From Tetramitus jugosus (lineage: Eukaryota > Protista > Heterolobosea): a stretch of DNA of 64,000 nt. Of the stretch, positions 1 through 8,586 are shown in pieces. The translations under genes and the position numbers were made by a program. Each line of letters begins with the position of its first letter. Position 1 is the first letter of the stretch. A model generated the notes under the pieces. That model was not told where the DNA came from, ran no database searches, and saw nothing but the letters and a program-made list of their open reading frames with translations. The DNA lies in the NCBI GenBank assembly GCA_937625935.1, contig OW569368.1, positions 186,001 to 250,000 on the forward strand. Direction: 5' to 3'.

Positions 1-1274
1 TCCATTGAAATCTTGATTCGATAGGAAAAGAAGTAATATGGCTCTACATTGTCTATATCTGAACTTTCTGGTCTGAATAGAGCATTACATTGTATTCGAA
101 CCCCATTGGTTGTAGTGTCTGAACCAATACTGCCATCCAGCGGGAACCGCTCAATGTATCCATCATTGAATTCGTACAAGTTCCTCTGTGTCAAATCAAT
201 TACGTATTTCTCGAACCATTCAATAAAGGAACCACTAAGAACAAACGGAGTTCCTCGACCTGAGATCTGAATCACCATACCACGACGATAAATTGTATTC
301 ATGAAAGTAAAGTCTTTCATAGCGATCGCGATCAACATACGGCCACCTCTGATAATGGGCAAACAATTCGTCATCCACTTCAGATTCTGACGAAAAAATT
401 GGTTCTCAAAGACAACACTGTCTAGCTTGAGAAACGTGAGGAAACTGAGCTCGTCATACACTATATACCCTCCGAACAAGGGCGAGGGTGCCTCATCTTG
501 AGTCGATTGACCGTTGTGCATTCTATAAAAACACTCGAGTTCTTTTGGAATTGAGCAAGCTTCATCAATCTGACAATCAGCCAAAAACTGCTGCATTTCC
601 TCACGAGAAGCACCATCTAACAGAGACTCAAACACTGAAGGGCAATTCTTGTGCAAGTAAGAATCCAACTGGTCGCTCAGAGTTTTAACTTTGCGGAACA
701 CGGAAGCCAACCCACCATACTGCAATTGATACTCTCTGTAGCAGAGCTTGTTCATTTTGGCTGCAAGAAGTTCATATTGATCATTCACAGGTTCACTATG
801 ATTATGCAACAATCCACGAGAGGGACTTGAGTTCAACTGTGCCCATACTTGATCGTCATTCACAATCTTTTGAACAAGTGCATAAAAGCCTCGATACGAA
901 GCAACATCACAACGTTCTTCACCCACGCGAGCCATCTTTGTCACAGAGGGAGACAAAGCATCACCTGTTCGAGTATCATCACCTTCCTCGTCCAGGTCGT
1001 CGTCCCTCTTCTCCGACAAACGTCGCAACACGTGGGCATCGGACAAGCCATGAGGAACGTCCAACAACCATACATACTTGCACAACCACTTCCACAAAGA
1101 AGCATGACCAGACAATTGATAAAATCTGTAGCTCACACTGGAACAGGCACACAAATCTACGGGACCGAGGAATGACAAGAGCGCGATGATCGTGTCATCC
1201 GGTAAATCTTTGGTGAAATCTTCTGTCATCAAAACTTGCGATGTCATTTTCGGAATGTGCTCGGACTTGTTCAT
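1..1274 (-). CDS. FBXO3: F-box + SMI1/KNR4(SUKH) + ApaG protein (FBXO3/SKIP16-like), 3' end outside window
   Basis: Not in the ORF track. Manual translation from ATG at 1274 is open to the window edge: F-box 'DLPDDTIIALLSFLGPVDLCACSSVSYRFYQLSGHASLWKWLC', SUKH-like 'SIPKELECFYRMHNGQ...LFGGYIVYD', start of ApaG 'GSDTTTNGVRIQCNALFRPE...YYFFSYRIKISM'. Confidence 0.85.
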   Translation of the reverse strand, partial: MNKSEHIPKMTSQVLMTEDFTKDLPDDTIIALLSFLGPVDLCACSSVSYRFYQLSGHASLWKWLCKYVWLLDVPHGLSDAHVLRRLSEKRDDDLDEEGDDTRTGDALSPSVTKMARVGEERCDVASYRGFYALVQKIVNDDQVWAQLNSSPSRGLLHNHSEPVNDQYELLAAKMNKLCYREYQLQYGGLASVFRKVKTLSDQLDSYLHKNCPSVFESLLDGASREEMQQFLADCQIDEACSIPKELECFYRMHNGQSTQDEAPSPLFGGYIVYDELSFLTFLKLDSVVFENQFFRQNLKWMTNCLPIIRGGRMLIAIAMKDFTFMNTIYRRGMVIQISGRGTPFVLSGSFIEWFEKYVIDLTQRNLYEFNDGYIERFPLDGSIGSDTTTNGVRIQCNALFRPESSDIDNVEPYYFFSYRIKISM

Positions 1275-1389
1275 ATTTAAACTTGATTATGATTTTTCGC
1301 TGACTCAACTCTCTGTGATGAGATGCGATGAGATTTTTGTTGTGGCGTCGATTAATACACACGTCCTCATTGCCATGTCAAAACAAAGA

Positions 1390-2095
1390 TCAAGTCCCAG
1401 TTAGGAAAAAGATTTCTCCGCCTCGGGAGAAACAGGAAATATTTTCCTGAAAGAAATAGTCCCTGGGTGAAATTGAGAAGGATTGATTAATAACAACGCA
1501 CAAGGAGCTGTTCGTGACACTGACATGACTGTTGTTGCATTCCACACACAACTTTCACTCCAACGACCAAGGTATGCTTCATCTCGACTCTCTTCGTATT
1601 TGGTCAATGAAGAGAGAGAGCAAGGGGTGAAGTGCACTGTGTACGGCACGTTGGATCCTTTCCACAAGGGATTGGACAACCCCGCATTTAATATTTGGAC
1701 TTTCCTGTATCAGAAAGAAAACCAAACAACCAACTCCAGAAAAATCGCAACAAGCCAGTATGAAGAGAAACAAGAACGGAGTTTTTTATAGTCTAACAAC
1801 AGGGTCAATTCGGATGAGATGATGAGGAAGTCGTGCTCGTGAGTATGTAAGCTACCAACGGCAGTGAAAAATGAGGTGGTTTCATTTTCTCGCGCACGAT
1901 TGGCCTCGTCATCTCTTCCAACAATTTGATCTCGTTGTTTGGATTCAAGTAAGAGAGAGCTGAAGGTCGAAGATCAGGAAGATGAAAGGCAACCAAACCA
2001 AGAACAACTACACCCAGCTTGCAAGCAAGTCCCCAGTGTGTGCACTTCAAGGTTCCAACTCACACGAAGCTATTAGAATTGTGTGAATGGAGAAA
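1390..2095 (+). ncRNA. Candidate long structured non-coding RNA (identity unknown)
   Basis: More than 10 hand-found helices, e.g. 1816-1827/1904-1915 (12 bp), 1830-1836/1894-1900, 1576-1585/1624-1633, 1588-1597/1607-1616, 1559-1565/1649-1655, 1491-1498/1530-1537, 2060-2067/2079-2086. Non-Watson-Crick positions are G·U on the + strand. AATAAA lies near 2099. No credible ORF. Confidence 0.5.
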
Positions 2096-2341
2096 CTAAA
2101 TAAAAACTAATACCAAACACCAAAATATGTATATAACAGTTAGTGTAACTGTTAGGGAACCGCCTCGTGAAAATGTTTCAACGAGCAAGACCTTCACTCC
2201 ACTGTGGTGATTTTCAGGTGCATTCTTGCAGAAGACGAGCAAGTTCGCCATGACGACAAAAAGTGCGGTCAGAACTCGTTGACAAAAAAAAATTGATCAA
2301 ATTTTGCACCAAAAGCCAAAAAGTCAAACTCAAGTAACAAA

Positions 2342-5300
2342 ATGTTGATTCTATTGAACAAGAGAGAGAACAGAGACGTGTTCTACTATATTCTATCATA
2401 CTTGTCTGTGAGTGACATATTCTTTGATTGTTCTCTCGTGTGCAAACAATGGTTTGAGTGTGTTCGTGGTGGTGGAGGCAGCAGTCTCAGCAATTGTGCT
2501 GAAAATGATTACTTTATTCGTGGGTACATGCCATTCCTAAAGAGTCAACATTCATCAATGATGAATCAACGCAAGCACATCTTGATGCAACAACTTCAGA
2601 TGTCTGGTGTTGTAGCTTCAGCACAGGATCTCAACCAGTATGGCATGTGGTTACCTATGAATGCCTATAGTGCTCTCAGTTGGGCAATGTTCATTCCTGA
2701 TCGACCCTATAAGACAGAGCAGAGTATTTATCAATTCATGTTGAAACATGTGAGCGTCAAGGAATTTTTGATGGTGGACGATCATGGTAATGATAATGAT
2801 GACAGTGGAGAGCAACAAGTGGTTGAGCGACAAATGATTCAGATCAATCTTCCTGTTTATCCCGATGTGGATCAAGGTGGATTGCCACAGCTTGTGAAAA
2901 CCATGTTTGAAAACTTTGGTCATTCGAGCAAGCAAGGGGCAGAAAATGGGAATGACAGTGTACGAGAGTTGAAATATGTGCCTGTGCTTGTGAATGCCCA
3001 ATCATCTGTATTGTATGAGAACGAGGCAGTTATACACTTGTTTGTTGATTCAGAGAGAGGTTCAATTGCCAAGATGGATGCAGAGCAGTGTCGAGAGCTT
3101 GACTTGGAAAATTTCATGGAGAAGGGTTACAGCGTAAATACTATAAGATTTTTGCCGCGCAGTCATGAATTATCGAGCAATAAGCCATCGATTCAAAACA
3201 GGAGATTGTTTCAGTCGTTGTTAGTTGCTTTGGGATTGTCAGAAATTGATGAATCGATTCCGTTGGCAACCTTTATCCTGACAATTGGTCAGTGTTTGAG
3301 GAGTGGTGCACTCAGAGATCAATATATGAGTCCAAAGGCTTCGATCAAGGCATTTGATCATTTGTATATTGATGATATGAGTCCATATTGGTTCCAGGTG
3401 ACCAAGAAATTGGTTTGCAAGCACGATCGATTATTGACAATCTCTCCTTATCATTTACCTCCAATAGAAAAGCTGTATCGTTCCATTAATGCAATAGTAC
3501 AGACGAAACAGTATGAAAACCAAATGCCGATCGTTCTTAAGCAGATTGCTACTCATGGAACGTCTGATATGCTTTCTCATTTCCTACAAACGATACAACT
3601 TGCGAATATTCAGGATCCATCAGCGCTGATGAAGTTATTCAGTAGCGGAAGAACAGTTGATCAATCGCCTCTAGTAGGATTGCTCGAAGGTCAACAGGAA
3701 CCTGCTCAGAAATTGAAAATGTTGTCGTGTATCCTTGATGAGGAAGATATGCGAAATTTGATTATTTCTCATAGAGTGCTGCATCATGCTACTCGGATAG
3801 CGAAGATATGTTCAAAGGATGTAGTGTCCGAGTATCACTCACTCATTACTGATATTCTGTTTGAATATCTCAGGTGGCAACAATTTCCCTCTGATATTCA
3901 CCCAGACTCGCTATGTCATAATAGTCTGATTCAAGTGTTCCCTCAATTTGTACACCTCCTTGCCAATTTACCAGAGAGAGTAAGGACTTCGTGCAGCAAG
4001 AGTATTAACACTCTCGTGAACTATAACAGAAATTCCAAACTCCCTACTCCATTGCTGCGAGCAGTGTTGAATTTCCCACAATATGTCAATTCTCTGCTTA
4101 CTTTTGGTGCAGATCCATTTGAGAGGAGCACTATGGAAATGGGATTTAATTCAAAGGCAAACCCCATTTGCAATTCAAGAAGCACGTTTTCAGCCGTTGA
4201 GGAGGCATGTTTGTGTCCACAACATCCTTCGTTAGAACGATTAGTTAGTCTCTCAAATAGTGAGCACTCCCAACCTACTTCACGAGCGGCATACGATGTC
4301 TCAAGCATATCACATATTCAAAAACCTATCAATATTGTACTTATTGGTCATCCAAAGTGCGGTAAGCGGTCACTCGTAGATCATGTTCTCAATCGTCCAT
4401 GCCAACACCTCAATAGTGAGGATTACATGTTTGCCCTATCTCCGAAAGAACAAATTAGAGCTATTCGCTATCGAAGTCAGTGCGGATTGTACAATAATTC
4501 TTGTTATGATGTTGAGTGTGATTTAACGTTTGATCATCAAGTCGTCAAAGTTCATATGAAGACTGTTCATATGTTCGAATTGGATGGCCTCATTGAAAAC
4601 CAACCAATCAAGACTGCAATTCATGAGAATGATCTCCACTCCTCAAGATGTTCTGTTCAGGGTGCAGATATTGTTTTTGTGTGCTATGATATCAATAATG
4701 AATACTCAATTCAAATACTAGAGGAGATTGAAGGTATCAAATCAATGTGCTCTAACAATACTGTAGTCTCAATATTGGGTCTAGGAGAGAGCGAACCAAT
4801 TCATCGACGAGTGTTTCGTTCTGTTGTTCACCAACATGCTAAGCACAATCAAGTACAAGCATACGAGTTAAATTGTAAGGTAGAGCGTTCACAAGTTGAT
4901 ATGATCATAAAGCGCTGCATGGGCCAGTTGAGCTCTGTTACGTCAGAGACGAGAGCGTATGAAAGGTCCTATCTGCCTCGGAGATGCTACCATGCCATTG
5001 ATCTCTCTGTTTTGAGCGCTAGAACGTTAACTCGCGCGATGTTGTCGTCCTTGCAGTCTGGTTTCAGCCAACCCATTTTGGGAATTAGATCTTGCCAAAT
5101 AACTATTGAGGAGTTGTACCAGTTTGTCCAAAATCTAACTGAATCAGACAAGTTATTATTATTTGACACACTACTGGGGTGTATCAATTCTTCCAAGTGG
5201 ACTGATGTTCAGCTACTGATGCTAACATTTATGCTTGAGTCTCCATCTCTGCTTCTTGAACGATTAACTTCTCTGTTTCACTCATTGGGCTCATCGCTAA

Positions 5301-6331
5301 ACACAGAGCAATGGCTCAACTTGATTGAGTGCATTGTCATTGCATCGGGTGGAGTTGATTCCAGTGCGTCAGACGTAGTTCATAGCCTTCTCTGTCAGGC
5401 CTATGATTACGTGCGAGCAGAGTGGCTACAAATTATCAATCGAGGAGACAGCGATGATGCTCAACAAATCGAAAGATATCTTATTCAAAGATTGTATGAT
5501 GCAGATTTTAGGACTAGCACCTCCCTCCAAACCGTCACTCAAACAGTTTTATTCTTGCTTCAGAATGGCTTCCTAGATGACATTACATTTATGAATCAAT
5601 TTTACGCTGTCATGTTTGACAATGTGCTCAGAGATCAACTAAGCATAGTCGAATGTGACTTTGTCGAGTCGGTCTTCTCTATTTGTCATTCAAGAATAGC
5701 AGAGCAATGTTTGTATTTGATCAAGCAGTATAAGAGCAAAGATGCGCACATGGACAAGGTGAAGAAGACTCATTCGCTTCCTATTGACTCGAGTGTGATG
5801 GTGTTAGTCGACGGTCTAACATACCACCAAGATGTCTCTCACGCACATCAATCTGCGAATGCGATTGGAGCGATGTCTGATATTACTGTTCCGTGCAGTC
5901 AGGTATTCTCTGAACTTACCTTCCAAAATGAAATGAACTTCCTTCGCATAACGCCTGCGCCGGACTGCAAACCAAGAATCTCATGGTTGCACCAGTATGG
6001 AACAGCTGAGATGCGATTTCATACGAATTACGATGTGAAGAACATATCAGTAAGCACAGCGCAAATGGCAGTTCTGCTTTTATTTAATGATGCAAATGTG
6101 GCAAAAACAGGACTGACGCTGTCACAAGTGCTGGACAAGCTATTGCCAACATCCGTTCGTTCTTGTGAGAAAATTGTGAGCACGTACAAGTCACAAGTGC
6201 AACCATTGATACAATCAGGAATATTGGTTACACTTGATGAGTCTCCCTTTGAAGAAGCATCTTCTGTTTTGACAGTGACAACCAAGAATTGGTCTTCAAA
6301 CCGCAAGAAGATCTCCATTCCCACAAATTAA
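2342..6331 (+). CDS. F-box / ankyrin-like / degenerate Ras-family GTPase / truncated cullin fusion protein
   Basis: 1329-aa ORF. F-box 'DVFYYILSYLSVSDIFFDCSLVCKQWFE'; ankyrin-like 'TPLLRAVLNFPQYVNSLLTFGADP'; P-loop 'IVLIGHPKCGKRSL' and 'GADIVFVCYDINNEYS'; cullin-like 'IEELYQFVQNL' and 'RISWLHQYGTAEM...VSTAQMAVLLLFND...LTLSQV'. Confidence 0.8.
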   Translation: MLILLNKRENRDVFYYILSYLSVSDIFFDCSLVCKQWFECVRGGGGSSLSNCAENDYFIRGYMPFLKSQHSSMMNQRKHILMQQLQMSGVVASAQDLNQYGMWLPMNAYSALSWAMFIPDRPYKTEQSIYQFMLKHVSVKEFLMVDDHGNDNDDSGEQQVVERQMIQINLPVYPDVDQGGLPQLVKTMFENFGHSSKQGAENGNDSVRELKYVPVLVNAQSSVLYENEAVIHLFVDSERGSIAKMDAEQCRELDLENFMEKGYSVNTIRFLPRSHELSSNKPSIQNRRLFQSLLVALGLSEIDESIPLATFILTIGQCLRSGALRDQYMSPKASIKAFDHLYIDDMSPYWFQVTKKLVCKHDRLLTISPYHLPPIEKLYRSINAIVQTKQYENQMPIVLKQIATHGTSDMLSHFLQTIQLANIQDPSALMKLFSSGRTVDQSPLVGLLEGQQEPAQKLKMLSCILDEEDMRNLIISHRVLHHATRIAKICSKDVVSEYHSLITDILFEYLRWQQFPSDIHPDSLCHNSLIQVFPQFVHLLANLPERVRTSCSKSINTLVNYNRNSKLPTPLLRAVLNFPQYVNSLLTFGADPFERSTMEMGFNSKANPICNSRSTFSAVEEACLCPQHPSLERLVSLSNSEHSQPTSRAAYDVSSISHIQKPINIVLIGHPKCGKRSLVDHVLNRPCQHLNSEDYMFALSPKEQIRAIRYRSQCGLYNNSCYDVECDLTFDHQVVKVHMKTVHMFELDGLIENQPIKTAIHENDLHSSRCSVQGADIVFVCYDINNEYSIQILEEIEGIKSMCSNNTVVSILGLGESEPIHRRVFRSVVHQHAKHNQVQAYELNCKVERSQVDMIIKRCMGQLSSVTSETRAYERSYLPRRCYHAIDLSVLSARTLTRAMLSSLQSGFSQPILGIRSCQITIEELYQFVQNLTESDKLLLFDTLLGCINSSKWTDVQLLMLTFMLESPSLLLERLTSLFHSLGSSLNTEQWLNLIECIVIASGGVDSSASDVVHSLLCQAYDYVRAEWLQIINRGDSDDAQQIERYLIQRLYDADFRTSTSLQTVTQTVLFLLQNGFLDDITFMNQFYAVMFDNVLRDQLSIVECDFVESVFSICHSRIAEQCLYLIKQYKSKDAHMDKVKKTHSLPIDSSVMVLVDGLTYHQDVSHAHQSANAIGAMSDITVPCSQVFSELTFQNEMNFLRITPAPDCKPRISWLHQYGTAEMRFHTNYDVKNISVSTAQMAVLLLFNDANVAKTGLTLSQVLDKLLPTSVRSCEKIVSTYKSQVQPLIQSGILVTLDESPFEEASSVLTVTTKNWSSNRKKISIPTN

Positions 6332-6524
6332 ATGAAAACTTTCTTTTGTATTATGTTAGCTCCTCAAACCTTGGTTCACAATTCGGTTGAACTGACGGAG
6401 AAAATTCACACCGCAACTTCAAAAACGCGCACAAAGTGCAACCACAAAAAAAAACAACTAAGCACAACAAGCGTACACGCAAAATTTAATCCATCAAATA
6501 AATTCACCAAACAACATCAATAGA

Positions 6525-8543
6525 ATGATAGACGATGATATAATCAGAGATATTGGTGGATTCTCCGACGAAGACCTCGAAGGCGTCGATATTAACTCCG
6601 CCATTTCCGCGCCACAAACTTCCACTACAGCCCCTTCCTCCTCCTCCTCATCATCAAGCACCACCACCACCACCACAACAGCATCATCATCATCAACTAC
6701 ACCTCAACAATCATTTAACATTGATCGAATGAGTGATGATGAGAACAGTGATGACGATGATCATGATGACCTTGGTACTGTACCACTGGACAATGATCCC
6801 AACGATCCCATTGTTCGTCGATACGAAGTCTTTCTCACCAACAACCTTGCCAATAATTTATTTTTGTTTCAGTACCCTTTGCGCGCCAAAACGAGACCTT
6901 ACGATTTCAATCAATTGACTGAAGTTCGTTTCAAGAAGGAACATAAAAAGATGGAGATGGAGTTTGAGTTGAATACGCAGAGTGAGCACTATGATCAAGA
7001 CAATCCACAGTCCATGTCCTCATTCACGCTGGCCTCCAAGGTTGTTCCGCTGCGAACGAATTATGCAGTCGGAGTAACGAGAGGAAATCATTTGCATATT
7101 ACTCCGCTGCAAAATATTTTACAGTTCAAGACGAGTCTGGAGCATTTGGAGAGAGATGGTGGATTTGCGGGTATAGGTGAAAAAGTGGTCAACAGAGAAG
7201 ACAAGGAAAAGGGACAAGCAAGTGCCTCTTCTGCTTCTTCTTCCACCGGAAAAGCACAGCCTCAATTGGTGCAAACAACGTATAGATCTCAGGCCGATGA
7301 GAGAGCCAGACAAAAATCATATGAATACATGAAACAACAAGAGCAGGCAGAGAAGGATATGACCATGGAGTTTTATCCATCGGATCATTCGACTGCAAGA
7401 CAAGTGTTTGAGCGATTGTTTGCCACGTATGATAATCCAGTGAGCTTTGACATGTCACCGGCAGCATATCTGGAAACGTTGGTGCCGTATAAGCATGATG
7501 TCATGGCACGGTTGAAGGGAGAACAGATATCGATGGATATCATTCAGAAGATGCCTGGTGCAAAACAGGTTCAATTTGCCCTGTTTGCAGCCAATATTCT
7601 CAACTTTGATCGTATTAAACAAATGGCTACCAACGTGAAGGACGATGAACAATTGATTAGCATAATTGAAGACAATGCTGATTTAGTGAGAGGATGCTGG
7701 GTGTTGAAGAGTCACTTGAAACAGTTGAATCCGAACAATCCGAATCAAAAGTTCACAATGACAGTGGAAACTGCTTGTCGCGATTATCTAATGTACCTGT
7801 TCCACAAACAGCCTCTAGTCGATCGTATTGCATTCACAGAAAAGACAAAGTTAGATACGGAAGTGGCAAAAGAAATGCTCGAAGAGATTGCACTCATCAA
7901 GGAAGACAAATCCAGCTCAAGAAGACACGGTTATTGGTCGTTGAAGTTACCACCTGATGAGAAGTTTATGGCAAAGTATCCAGAAGTTGTCGAAAGACAG
8001 AATGAAGCATGGAAGATGAGAACACAGCAAATTTTGAATAATGTCGAGTCAAGCTTCAAGAACATTAAGCCGGCAGTGATTAGTGCAGGAGCAGGAGTTA
8101 CGAGACCACAAGATATCAATAAGGCCGTAGTGAACTTTATTAGAACTCAGTTCCAACAACATGGTGTCTGTACATTTGCAATGCTTGCAGATGCGTTCAG
8201 AACGAGCCGAGCAAACAGTGAGGCACTCTCTAACGTTGGCAATGACCATTTCAAGAATGTTTGCCAACAAATTACCAGATCATTTTGCACTGATCAATAT
8301 CTGATTTTGAAGCAAGCAGATCTACCAGAGGCCGAAGCACCAATGAGAGATGCAATCATAGAAATTTTGGAGGAGCGCAAGGATGAAAAGCTAACCAGAC
8401 AAACGATTAGTGACGAAGCCAAACAGCGACTTCCATCAGACAGCAAGCCACCACAACTTGGTACAGTCATGAAGATTTTGAACGAACTGGCTGTGGATAC
8501 CCAAGACGGTTTCTACGTTGTCAGAAAACCTGCAATCCAATAA
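6525..8543 (+). CDS. POLR3E: RNA polymerase III subunit RPC5 (Sin-like)
   Basis: 'DPIVRRYEVFLTNNLANNLFLFQYPLR', 'TNYAVGV...LHITPLQNILQFK', 'ADLVRGCWVLKS' match the RPC5/Sin_N family. Confidence 0.9.
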   Translation: MIDDDIIRDIGGFSDEDLEGVDINSAISAPQTSTTAPSSSSSSSSTTTTTTTASSSSTTPQQSFNIDRMSDDENSDDDDHDDLGTVPLDNDPNDPIVRRYEVFLTNNLANNLFLFQYPLRAKTRPYDFNQLTEVRFKKEHKKMEMEFELNTQSEHYDQDNPQSMSSFTLASKVVPLRTNYAVGVTRGNHLHITPLQNILQFKTSLEHLERDGGFAGIGEKVVNREDKEKGQASASSASSSTGKAQPQLVQTTYRSQADERARQKSYEYMKQQEQAEKDMTMEFYPSDHSTARQVFERLFATYDNPVSFDMSPAAYLETLVPYKHDVMARLKGEQISMDIIQKMPGAKQVQFALFAANILNFDRIKQMATNVKDDEQLISIIEDNADLVRGCWVLKSHLKQLNPNNPNQKFTMTVETACRDYLMYLFHKQPLVDRIAFTEKTKLDTEVAKEMLEEIALIKEDKSSSRRHGYWSLKLPPDEKFMAKYPEVVERQNEAWKMRTQQILNNVESSFKNIKPAVISAGAGVTRPQDINKAVVNFIRTQFQQHGVCTFAMLADAFRTSRANSEALSNVGNDHFKNVCQQITRSFCTDQYLILKQADLPEAEAPMRDAIIEILEERKDEKLTRQTISDEAKQRLPSDSKPPQLGTVMKILNELAVDTQDGFYVVRKPAIQ

Positions 8544-8586
8544 ATGAGTTGAATCGTTAATCACAGTCTTACAGTCAATCAACCAA

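Noticed and set aside
827-1189. Plus-strand ORFs 827-1189 and 849-1175
   Set aside because: Antisense shadows of the FBXO3-like gene.
1315-1450. C/D snoRNA from GTGATGA (1315) and CTGA (1447)
   Set aside because: No convincing terminal stem, and the would-be guide is self-paired.
1451-1810. RNase MRP assignment from GAAAUAGUCCCUGG with AGGGAUU (1667) or CAGGGUC (1800)
   Set aside because: Neither partner gives the canonical bulged P4, and the CR-IV/P2 spacing does not fit; kept only as a hypothesis.
1483-2050. ORFs 1483-1791 (+), 1401-1679 (-) and 1805-2050 (-)
   Set aside because: Short, no recognisable motifs, and at least two begin at non-ATG codons; the region is better explained by RNA structure.
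2134-2157. GTTAGGG (CCCTAAC on minus) as telomere seed or template
   Set aside because: Single unit, part of a small palindrome, and on the strand opposite to the G·U bias.
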